DNA of 32,617 bases from Octopus bimaculoides (Eukaryota): positions 163,967,561 through 164,000,177 of the forward strand of contig NC_068981.1 of the NCBI RefSeq assembly GCF_001194135.2. The letters are read 5' to 3'. Position 1 is the stretch's first letter. Every line of letters begins with the position of its first letter. Of the stretch, positions 22,667 to 32,617 are shown one piece after another. Below the pieces are notes generated by a model that did not search any database, had not been told where the DNA came from, and saw nothing but the letters and a program-made list of their open reading frames with translations. A program made the translations under genes and the position numbers.

Positions 22667-23038
22667 GTTGAGATAGTATTTTCGTAATTTTGAATCTTCT
22701 CTTCTGTGTATTTTATATATATTTGTTTATTTTCATTTAAATCTATTTTACAGTTGTTATTGTCTTTGTAGTTGTTTTTGTTGTTATGTTTCTCCCTTTC
22801 TTTTTCATCCTCTTCCAGCTCCTCCCTGGAGACAGCTAGTTTTTCGTCCGATGAAATAAATGCATTGGGAAAGATGTCAATTGAAGCATACTGCTGAGAA
22901 GCGATCGAGATTAGATGGGAGACAGCTCTGGCTGATGAAGGTCCAACACAGATATCAGTGCAACTCGCATGCGCACACACTAATACACACACTAATACAC
23001 AAATACGCACATACACACCCGCACACGCATGCATGCAA

Positions 23039-23086
<48 letters not shown>

Positions 23087-24404
23087 CTAATATATGTAAT
23101 ATATATATACATATATAATATACATATAATATATATGTAAACATTATATATATATATACATATATATATATGTATATATATATAAACATATGTATATATA
23201 TATATGTGTCTATATNNNNNNNNNNNNNNNNNNNNNNNNNNNNNNNNNNNNNNNNNNNNNNNNNNNNNNNNNNNNNNNNNNNNNNNNNNNNNNNNNNNNN
23301 NNNNNNNNNNNNNNNNNNNNNNNNNNNNNNNNNNNNNNNNNNNNNNNNCATATGTTTATATATATATATACATACATACATACATACATATACACACACA
23401 CAGAAAGTAGGTTGACTGCGAGAAAGATAGGCAGTTGATATACTGAGAGGAGGAGGACGGGAGGGGGGAAGGAAGAGAAAGAGGAGGAGGAGGAGGAAAG
23501 AGAAAGAGAGGAGAGAGGGGGAGAGATAAAGGGAGGGCGAGAGAGAAAAAAAAATGAAGATAAAATGATTGCTTTTGTTTTACATCGCTCACCAAAGAGG
23601 AGGAAATGGATGGGAAGAAGAAAAAGAAGAGAAGCAAAAAGGTAGAGGAAGGGAAGGAGGGAGAGGAGAATAATAACGATGATGATAATAATAATGATAA
23701 TAATAATAATAATAATAATATCAAGAAGAAGAAGAGCAACAACAGTGACAATTCCAAAACCACGAGCAACAATTACTGCCAGACGTCATCACATTTCCCA
23801 GAGGTTTTAATTTTAGCTGTTCAGTTTTGAATATCTTCAGTGATTCTAGCAAATATTTATCCCAAAAGTAAGCATAAAAAGCATAAGAACAAGGGTCAGT
23901 ATTTGATCTCTTTTTATATCTTAGTGAGAGGAAGAATGGCAACGCCAGTGATCTTTGAACTGTTGTTTATGTTGGCATCGTCGCTGCTGAATTTGTTGCG
24001 TTTTCTTCTGAATGCTTTAGGGCGACGTTTCTGAAAAGGATATCGCTTCACGGATACGCAAAGGAAAAATACGGGTGCGTGCAAAACTTTGTAAAACCTC
24101 AAGGATTTTGAAGTAACCACAACCAATTACTTTACAAAATTGCGTCCTCACTTGTAGCTAATAATATTTATGAAAGAGTTTGGAGATCACAGGTCACTGA
24201 AAAAGTTGCAAACGGCAACAAAAGGATTTTGACGAACAAACCGATTTGCTGTTTTACCAACACGTTAAATAAAAGATCGATTATTTAATTGGATAGATAC
24301 TTAACCAATTGACTAATAATAAAGAAGTGGAATTGAACCTGTGCATGTGTTATTATTGGCGTAACGACTCTCCTACGACACAACAAAATTTATAAAAGTG
24401 TCAA

Positions 24405-24595
24405 AATAATAATTATATCAGATTTTGACATAAGACCAACAATTTTAGCGGAATGGAGTATGCCGTTTAGATGGAGAACGAAAAGATGAAAAGCAAATTT
24501 GACCTGGCGGGATTTGAATTCAGACCATAAAGAACTAGCTGAGATACCGCTAAGCATTTCGTCCGACGTGCTACCGATTCTGCCAACTCGCTACC
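24405..24595 (-). mobile_element. SINE family B, copy 1 of a head-to-tail triplet
   Basis: The head reads (reverse complement) GGTAGCGAGTTGGCAGAATCGGTAGCACGTCGGACGAAATGCTTAGCGG. The 3' end TTGGTCTTATGTCAAAATCTGA resembles that of the copy at 10366. Confidence 0.82.
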
Positions 24596-24596
24596 T

Positions 24597-24794
24597 TAAT
24601 AATCCTTTCTACTATTGGTACAAAACCTGAAATTTGGGATTACATTAATCCTAGTGCCGTACAGGTACTTATTTCATCGATTCCAGAAAGGAAAAAAGCA
24701 AAGCCGACGACCTTGCCAGAATTTGAACTCAGAAGGCAAGACCGGATGAAATGTCGCAAAGCATTTTGTCCTGCGCTTCTGCCAGGTTGCCACC
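24597..24794 (-). mobile_element. SINE family B, copy 2 of the triplet
   Basis: The head reads (reverse complement) GGTGGCAACCTGGCAGAAG, with GAGTTCAAATTC. The 3' end TTTCAGGTTTTGTACCAATAGTAGAAAGGATTATTA resembles that of the copy at 12974. Confidence 0.82.
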
Positions 24795-24795
24795 T

Positions 24796-24956
24796 TAGAT
24801 CGACCCCTGTACGCAACTGATACTTAATTAATCGACCCCGAAATGATGAAAGACAAAGTCGACCTCGGTGGAATTTGAACTCAGAACGTAGCGGCAGACG
24901 AAATACTGCTAAGCATTTCGCCCGGCATGCTAGCAATTCTGCCAGTTCGCCGTCTT
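24796..24956 (-). mobile_element. SINE family B, copy 3 of the triplet, 3'-truncated
   Basis: The reverse complement reads AAGACGGCGAACTGGCAGAATTGCTAGCATGCCGGGCGAAATGCTTAGC..GAGTTCAAATTCCACCGAGGTCGACTTTG..CGGGGTCGAT..CAGGGGTCGATC. Confidence 0.88.
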
Positions 24957-24959
24957 AAA

Positions 24960-24969
24960 TAAAAATAAT

Positions 24970-25063
<94 letters not shown>

Positions 25064-25167
25064 CAGCAGCAGTTGTAGTAGTAGTAGTAGTAGTAGTAGT
25101 AGCAGCAGCAGTTGTAGTAGTAGTAGTAGTAGTAGCAGCAGTAGTAGTAGTAGTAGTAGTAGTAGTA
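24960..25167. repeat. Compound trinucleotide array (AAT)n-(AGT)n-(AGC)n
   Basis: Seen directly. Confidence 0.95.
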
Positions 25168-25999
25168 TAAAAGAAACCCCGTGTTTGTCTTTTTTTGTAT
25201 TAAAATAGTATTAGCAAATTAGTTGCAAAATCTAGAAAGTCAACTTTCCAAAAGATTATTTATAAGTGAAGTAAAGCATGGCATGCAAATATAATCAACC
25301 ATCACTCTTTCTCTCCAAGAACCCCAGTTCCACCTCATAGCGATTTAGTTATGCAGTGGTTCTATATAAATATCACATAAATCAACAGTTTTCACCCCTC
25401 TCTCTCTCTTTTTCGTATATTTATATATATGTATGTATGTACGTACGTATGTATGTATGTATGTATGTATGTATTCATATGTATAAATATGTATATGTGT
25501 GCGTATGTGTTCGTGTGTTTGTGGAATTTTCAATATTAATGTAGAGCTTCATCGTTTTTATTCTACCTTGTTACGGTCTAGCAACGATATAATTCTTTCT
25601 ATAACAGCACGTGAATCTTAAACTCAGCCTGTCTTCTATCTATCTGTACCTCCCGTCCATAACGAATGTATTTGTTTACATATGTACATACAAACTTATG
25701 TTATCTTCTTATTCGTTACATATTATTTGTATTAAACATTTAATGTGTTATAGCTTCTGTAAACACCGATCCAAAATATACATATATATTTAATTACACA
25801 TACTCAGTGACGGTTAAATGCTAGATTTATTCTAAAGTTATTATTGAGTTAACAAAACACACGTTGTGTGTGTTTATGTGGAGAGTCTACTAGAATAGAT
25901 GCAAGCGCTAATGTATGATATATAACACATGTGACATATTAATAAAAATCTGTAAATGTACAACCATCCAGTTATCTGAGTACCTTATAATTTTTTCTA

Positions 26000-26068
<69 letters not shown>

Positions 26069-26080
26069 CATATCTTTTAG

Positions 26081-27303
26081 AGAAAACTAATCAATCTGTA
26101 CGAGGACCTTAAATCAAATGACAAACCTGAACATGGTGACCTATTAAAAAAAGTATTCAAATCTAGAAAGAACCCACCGACTAACCAACACCTAAACAGA
26201 TTTGAAGAGGAATTATGCAGTATGGTTAAGAACGTGAAGTTCAGGACGTATCCTAGAAGGTGTAACATACATCAGCAGAAAATCAGAAAATTATTTGTCG
26301 TCTCTAAGAAAGCGCCGTGGATACTTGTACCAGCAAACAAAACACGTAACGTTTACATTGTTGATATTGAGTTATATAAGCCAATGATTAGGAAGAAATT
26401 ACACAGCAAATATAGACACGCCAGTAACGACGTATTAAAACGAATTAACAATACAGGGTTACAAATCGTTAGTGATTTAGTTATAGATGATAGAATCGAG
26501 CCATACATCCATAGAAAACGCCGAATACTGCTTAAGGACCATAAACCTAACTTTCATATTGATCCCCTCATATTGATTTGTCCTTCTAAAATCCGATATA
26601 GGCATTATTAAAAAAAAAAGTCATTGACAGGATAATACCCACCCTTGAGTCTAAAATTAAATTAGCCCTCTGGTCTGATACCCAAGAGGTGATGGGATGG
26701 TTTAAGCTTCTAGAAATTATTAAGAATATTAAATTCTTGCAACTAGATATAAATAGCTATTATGCCACTATTAACCCGGTCATCCTTAATCAGGCCCTGA
26801 AATTCCGATTTGTCTCGTCGCGAAATAGATATACTTGCCACGCGAGCCATTTTAGTAGATTTTGAGTGTAGATTATGGAATAGATTAGATAGGGAGAATG
26901 CTTTTGATATAGCAATGCGGTCATATGACTCTGCACAGGCTACAGACCTAGTCGGAATAAGTATCCTTTCAATAATCCAGTCTTATTTTCCGGAAGTAAC
27001 TAGGGGTCTATACAGAGATGACGCCTTATTTTTTTCTGGACAGAAGTAGCAAAGTACAATTAGAAAAGTATAGGAAAAATTTCTTTGAATTTTAAAAAAA
27101 TTCAGGATTAAACATTACTATGAGAAAGGATTATCGTAGAGGAAATTTTCTTGACGCTAGCTTCTGTCTTAATACTGGATTATTTGAAACATTTCGTAAG
27201 CCAAATGATCATATTAAGTACATTAACGTAGTATCCAACCATTCACCCTCGATAATGCGGAGATTTGTTATGAATTTCTAGATTATCCGCTAATAATAAA
27301 ATC
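26081..27303 (+). mobile_element. Decayed Penelope-like retroelement (PLE) reverse transcriptase, truncated before any GIY-YIG endonuclease
   Basis: Motifs appear in order across frameshifts: FKSRKNPP..FEEEL..VKNVKF; VPANKTRNVY; LKDHKPNF..LICPSK/SDIGII; LWSDTQEVMGWF; FLQLDINSYYATI; FDIAMRSYDSAQATDLVG; GLYRDDAL; NFLDASFCLNTG..FRKPN..YINVVSNH; ISRLSANNKI. Confidence 0.88.
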
Positions 27304-27340
27304 CCTAAATCTAATCGATATCATGCTATTTTGAATCGGC

Positions 27341-27400
<60 letters not shown>
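27341..27400. repeat. (GATA)n microsatellite
   Basis: Seen directly. Confidence 0.96.
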
Positions 27401-28793
27401 TGCGATATTTGTTCACTCATGTCTGGGTAAGGTATTTACTAACCAGCATACGCTCTCATCTGTAGGTCGGTAACTATGTGCTTCCAACACATCAGATGGT
27501 CACGCGGTCATAGTCTTTACATTGCTACAAGACGAAGTCTGCAGAATTTTGTTTCCATTAAGTCTTGCTGAAAACCTCATAGACCATCTGTACTCTGTTA
27601 ACATGTTCCAGAGACAAGCTAGAAGAAGATATCTTGTGTGAAGAATAGGAGCAAACTCGGGGATGTAGGGCAGGCATGCCCTTCAATAGCGGGAAAATAT
27701 CTTTGCAAGGCCCTTCCTCTGAAGAGCAGGTTTTATTTCAGAGTAACCTTTTTCTAGAATCATGCTTTAATAAAAACAAGGAATCTCACCCGTCTCACTT
27801 TCAATGGTCGTCCTCATTTTCGTACGATAGTGGCAGACAAGTGCTCATGCATCGCTGACACTCTTCAACGACAGTTAACATGTCGTACTACTGATCAGAC
27901 TTTTAAAATCTTCTTGTAAATAAAACTGTAAATATTGGATCATATTCTATATTGTCGTCACACTGCCATTTCGGATCGTGAGCTGGTTTCTCCAGTCAAA
28001 AACGCCTTAAAAGACCGTCGATTTGTCTGTAGTAAGTTTTGAAGGAAGTGGTATACAATGGCTCATCCCCCAGTCAAAAGTATTTTTTAGATGGCATAAA
28101 AAATATATACGGAAATGGACTAAATCTATTGAAATTAAGAGGCCATATTGAAAAATGAAATAGCATTTTAAAGATATCCTGTAGTAATAAATTTTAGAAA
28201 ACTTAATGGAAGACAATAGTGAAAAACAAAAACAAAATGCTGATTTTTCTGTCGAGGGAATAGGAAGAGAGGAGGTTTTGCTTAACGTAATTTCAGCAAA
28301 AACTTAAGTGATGCTTCAAGTTCAAACCTGCACCACAGTGACTAGAGAGCGACTAGATCTATCTATCTATCTATCTATCAAACTTCCAGTTAATCCAACA
28401 ATAAGTTTGACTTCTTGATCTCTCTAAGTTCATATCTATCACTCATCCATCTCTCGTCCTACAATTGAAGAAAGCCACCTACCATAATTGTTTTTTCTTT
28501 TTGTTAAATTTTCACAAATATATGAAAATCTATTTAGATAGATGCATCGATGTCCGCCCTGAAGATTGTAAATGATACAGCGGTTATAATTTTTGTAAAC
28601 ATAATAGTTGAAATTTATTCAATATTAATTACTACAATAATTAATTTAAATATTCATTCGTTAAGCTTACCAGGATGACAAGAAAATTTAATTACTGACG
28701 CAACAACTTTATTTCAAAATTAAATTTGACATAAGAAAACAACACGAGCTTTGAGCCCGTTAACTGCAAAGGGCCATTAACACTGTGACCTTG

Positions 28794-30295
28794 TGGAAAT
28801 TTTCGGATGACTATATTAAATTTTGATTTACTTGTCATGAACGTCTCGCTGTAGATTTGAAATTTCCTACCGTATTTCGCATGTTTCAAGTACTGGCTAA
28901 TGACTAAATAAAGTCTGCTAAACTTCACTTAGAAAAGTGTTATTCAATCATTGTCAAGACCAGATGAAGATTATTTCGAATATCAGTTACAAGTATAAAA
29001 CGACTTCCATGTCATCGCTGCAGCTTTCTACGAACCGAATGTGCTGTTGCACATTACTCAGGCAAAAAAGCCGCCTGTTATTGGTTGAACAACTGATTCT
29101 TCCACGTGTTAAATAGATGGTATAAATGATTATTAGAGCGGTCCTTCTCTATACTCAGTGATATTGTATCCAAATGGATTTATGAGAAACGAAGAACAGT
29201 AACGACTAAGTAATAAAAAAAAATTAAATAATATTCTTCTCTCTTTTGTATATAACTAAATGAGGTGACTAATGCTGCTGCTTGATCTTAATTACAGTTC
29301 ATTTTGTGATACATGTTCAACGGGAATATTAAAGATGTCTTTCTCTTTTGCAAATTTTCTTCTGAACACAACCACACATGCTGGTATCATGGAAGCTGTT
29401 GACAAAATTTTTTAAGGTCATCTGTTTAGATTCCAACGATCTTGAACACACACCTCCAAGAACAACATGTGTGTATTGCTTCATAGAGAAGTGTTGGTTC
29501 CTGACACATTACCGAAGGACTTGAATACTCTTTTTCAGAGTCATTAAGATAGTTTATTATGTAAAAATCGTTATTTTTAAATACATGTCCGTTTAACAAG
29601 GTTCCTGCCGAAATATAGAGTCCGAATATGAAGTATTACTCATCACTTATCTAACACGATGGCTTTTTGCAGGAAATCTTCTGTCAAAGGATTTTAACAA
29701 CACTAGAGACACATATCTCCTTCGGAGGCGATAAGTCGAGCCTGTAATTTTGGAGAAAAATCTTATAACACATGAAAGCAGAAATTGAATCATTGCATAA
29801 GAAGCTAGAGTTTTTGGACACAAACAGTAGAAAAAGGGAAATCATATCTAATTTCTAATTTTTAGTTTCCTAACTGAAAATACACGAAAGAAAGGTAAAT
29901 AAATAAACAGCAACAAATCGTTCAGTAATACTAAAAAAAATGTTGGAAGGTTTCTGTTTTGCTTTCCAGAGGCAGTTCGAAAGGATGTCTTTATGATCAT
30001 CAACTATTCATAAGAAAAACTGACAAAATTCCGAACTGATGCAGAGAAGTATTGGAAATTGAAGAATAACTGCACGAAGTCAGAAAATAGTTTTTGTCTC
30101 CCACAAGCTTCTATTCTTCACGCCAAAAAAGCTACCCTAGTGTCACGGATCCTGTACTCAGAGTTATTCTTTCAGTTGCATGTTTGTATAAATATACAGA
30201 TATAAATTTTCTTAAGGCCAACTCAAAACTGAAATAATTTGATGTTTGAAAATGATTTGCGCTGCACTTTATTGAACACTCAATTTAGCATTACG
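28794..30295 (+). pseudogene. Heavily decayed hAT transposase (Charlie/Buster-like, related to the ZBED5/GTF2IRD2-type domain)
   Basis: Collinear motifs occur across many stops and frameshifts: KFSDDYIKF*FT (28797), QVLAND*IKSAKL-HLE, AKKPPVIG/EQLILP (29062), LNEVTN for LDESTD (29256), YMFNGNIKDVFLFCK, TTTHAGIMEAVDKIF, CFI/HRE (29474-29490), VIKIVYYVK, ESEYEVLL..TRWL (29657), KKLEF, YPSV and ENDLRCTL (30251). Confidence 0.82.
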
Positions 30296-30584
30296 AATTA
30301 ATCGCTCGTGTTTATCAGTAAATATTTAATTTAATTGTTTTCTCATTAGATGCATAATTGATCATTGACTGAACTTGCTCAACATAGTTTTTGGTTAAGT
30401 TTCATTGACCTAACGACTCAATTAGTCCAACAATATATTTAATAGATGAAAGTGGGACACGAAAGGAAACTAGTTGACACTTCAGTTTCTAAATGGAAAT
30501 CAAACTTGCGAGAAATATAAGTCAAATTTCACGCAGATACTCCTCTGTAATCATGAAAAGGAGATGCATTTATGATAATACATA

Positions 30585-30996
30585 CAAGGTGCATTCAAAA
30601 GATATGGAAACTTTTTCAGGAGAGATATTAGTTTTAAAAAAAAGCAAAAACAAAAGAAACAACAACTCTAATATCTTTCTAAGTAGGATCCTCTGATTTC
30701 AATGCACTTGTAACGCTCCAGTCATTCGTGAAGGTCCCCATGGAAGTTCCCCAAAGTTAAGGTATCCAGTACAGTGTCACAGCATCCTCCATCTTGTCCT
30801 TCAACTTGTGAAACAACCAAATGTCACAGGGAGCAAGGTATGGACTGTAAGGATGGAAGAGAAATAGCTTTGATGCCTGTCTCTGTCAAGTTGTTGGTTA
30901 CTGCGATGGAATGCGAAATGGTACGTTGTCCTGGTGCAGGTACTCTCACCTTTTGCGACGAAATCTCTTCCTAAACTCCTTCAAATTCTCCACATA
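30585..30996 (-). mobile_element. Mariner 3' fragment: transposase C-terminus plus right terminal inverted repeat
   Basis: The minus-strand translation across frameshifts reads YVENLKEFRKRFRRKR..LHQDN..PYSPYLAPCDIWLFHKLK..W..RYKCIEIRGSYLE, which contains the mariner YSPDLAP.D motif. A TA at 30583-30584 is followed by the TIR-like CAAGGTGCATTCAAAAG. Confidence 0.85.
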
Positions 30997-31415
30997 GGCG
31001 TAGGAGTGGCTGTGTGGTAAGTAGCTTGCTTACCAACCACGTGGTTCTGGGTTCAGTCCCAGTGGTTGGTAACTTGGGCAAGTGTCTTCTACTATAGCCT
31101 TGGGCCGACCAAAGCCTTGTGAGTGGATTTGGTAGACGGAAACTAAAAGAAGCTCGTCGTATATATGTATGTATGTGTGTGTATATGTTTGTGTGTCTGT
31201 GTTTGTCCCCCCAACATCGCTTGACAACCGATGCTGGTGTGTTTACGTCCCCGTAACTTAGCGGTTCTGCAAAAGAGACCGATAGAATAAGTACTAGGCT
31301 TCCAAAGAATAAGTCCTGGGGTCGATTTGCTCGACTAAAGGCGGTGCTCAGGCATGGCCACAGCCAAATGACTGAAACAAGTAAAAGAGTAAAGAGTAAA
31401 GAGTAAAGAGTAAAG
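30997..31415 (+). mobile_element. SINE family A, full length
   Basis: It has the head GGCGTAGGAGTGGCTGTGTGGTAAG, a B-box-like GGTTCAGTCCC, an internal TA/TG microsatellite, the 3' module and a (GAGTAAA)n tail. Confidence 0.93.
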
Positions 31416-31953
31416 TGCTCTATAAAGGTATATATTGGATCGATAAACCCTTTTGGATAGAAGCAGTTCAAGGCTACCGGTGGCACCGAAGATTCCTGTC
31501 CGGAATGAAAACATTGGCCATTGTTAGGTATTGAAACAACGCATTCTTACCTTACAGTTATTCGGTACTGATTTCTACATATCTTGCAAAGTACAGTTTA
31601 ACCACTCTTATACATACATACATACATACATACATACATACATAGGTACCATGTGTGTATGTATATATGTATGTGTGTATGTATGTACCGTTGTGCCATA
31701 GATTTTTCTTTCTCCTCTTTAAACACGAAACCAACGTTAAAATGTGCAACACAGATAATGAAATAATTCGAACACTATTGCTGTCTGAATCAAAATTCTT
31801 TTGACAACTTATCGACAATAATATTAGTGTTAAACCTTTGTTAACTGAGATGATGCAGTGCGAGTGGCGGAGAGAGAAGAACGCAGTGCAGTGCTGTGAA
31901 TAATGATGAATGAAGAAAATATATAGCACCCACAGGAGTGAAATTTATTTCAG

Positions 31954-32009
31954 AATAAAACAGCTTCCCGTGTCAATTAGTCGATATGAGTGATCGGCCG
32001 TTGGCATGG
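31954..32009 (+). other. Candidate small host-gene exon containing a start codon (MSDRPLAW, phase-0 donor)
   Basis: An acceptor TTTATTTCAG ends at 31953. An in-frame TAA at 31956 lies upstream of the ATG at 31986. The donor TGG|GTAAGT is at 32010. There is no homology or expression support. Confidence 0.25.
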
Positions 32010-32571
32010 GTAAGTATTTCGAGTTGGAGGTGGGTTTAGGTCGAGAGAAATGGAATATGATGTCTGCCAGAGAAGATAGTAATCTTGGTGAATGAGTTCA
32101 TGTATTCTTCAGAACGCCATTGATCAGGATGGTTTTTTTTATGTATATTTTATTATTTATTATTTATATATATTTTTTTTATTATTACGATGTTCCTCAG
32201 AGAAGAGTAAGAAGAGATGTTTGTTTTGACACTAAGTTGAAGTTTTATAAGCAAGCAGAAATACTCCAGATGTCGCCAGCGATTTGGTTTAATAATTAGA
32301 ATGCGCCAGCAAGCTGTTGGGGTCCGACAAGACCGAAATATGTACGGTAAAAGGAAAGCTCTACTCCTTCTGCTTTAGACACACACACAAACGCGCGCGC
32401 GCAAATACGCTTTCACATATATGCATACACAATCATATATATCTCCACACACCGCTATTCTCCCGCACATTTGTAACCGTTCGTAGCTTCTACACGCGTC
32501 AGTGCAATCGAATTTAAAAGTTGAATTATAAGGGTGTCTGGTTGTGTGAAAACGCTAAAATATTACACTGT

Positions 32572-32617
32572 CACCACCACCCCACCGACCTCACCACCAC
32601 CACCACCACCACCACCA
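32572..32617. repeat. (ACC)n microsatellite
   Basis: Seen directly. Confidence 0.9.

Larger units (their letters stand above)
2322..23348. other. Ten assembly gaps (N runs): 2322-2716, 3372-3797, 5237-5870, 6302-6570, 14445-15362, 16309-16847, 18769-18778, 20970-21753, 22558-22567, 23216-23348
   Basis: The N runs are seen directly. Each is flanked by simple repeats. Confidence 0.97.

Noticed and set aside
22786-22900. Strong polypyrimidine tract plus CAG at 22818
   Set aside because: All three downstream frames stop within about 80 nt, no good donor follows, and pyrimidine tracts are common here.
22925-22960. CTGATGAAGGTCC, resembling a canonical hammerhead 5' core
   Set aside because: There is no closing stem II and no GAAA, so the topology is incomplete.
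3083-23438. Many long ORFs rich in X, YI, CV, HT or SL repeats
   Set aside because: They are stop-free frames through N runs and dinucleotide or tetranucleotide microsatellites.
23840-24126. Hydrophobic + ORF (MATPVIFELLF...) and basic - ORF (KRRPKAFRRKR...)
   Set aside because: Both are short, with no recognisable domain and no splice support.
1-32617. CRISPR arrays, rRNA genes, operons or other prokaryotic systems
   Set aside because: There are no regularly spaced repeat-spacer arrays, rRNA signatures or dense coding. The window is repeat-rich animal-type DNA.

Overview
This is 32.6 kb of AT-rich eukaryotic genomic DNA with 10 assembly gaps, each flanked by simple repeats. It is probably from an octopod cephalopod, which I infer from recognising the SINE families and the microsatellite load; I have not verified this. 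No complete cellular gene is supportable, and nearly all ORFs in the track are artefacts of microsatellites or N runs. The recognisable content is mobile DNA: the 3' end of a probable RTE-type LINE with three C2H2 fingers (1-382), a decayed Penelope-like (PLE) reverse transcriptase with a YRDD motif (26081-27303), two mariner remnants (one a foldback with two left ends), a near full-length but heavily decayed hAT/Charlie transposase that the ORF track misses (28794-30295), a Charlie-type MITE, and many copies of at least four tRNA-type SINE families. The most unusual signal is two inverted pairs of hammerhead-ribozyme-like motifs (6732-6788 and 17518-17633). All four arms carry C instead of the conserved U at core position 4. 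Two possible small + strand host exons are reported at low confidence. All alignments and identities were done by eye.
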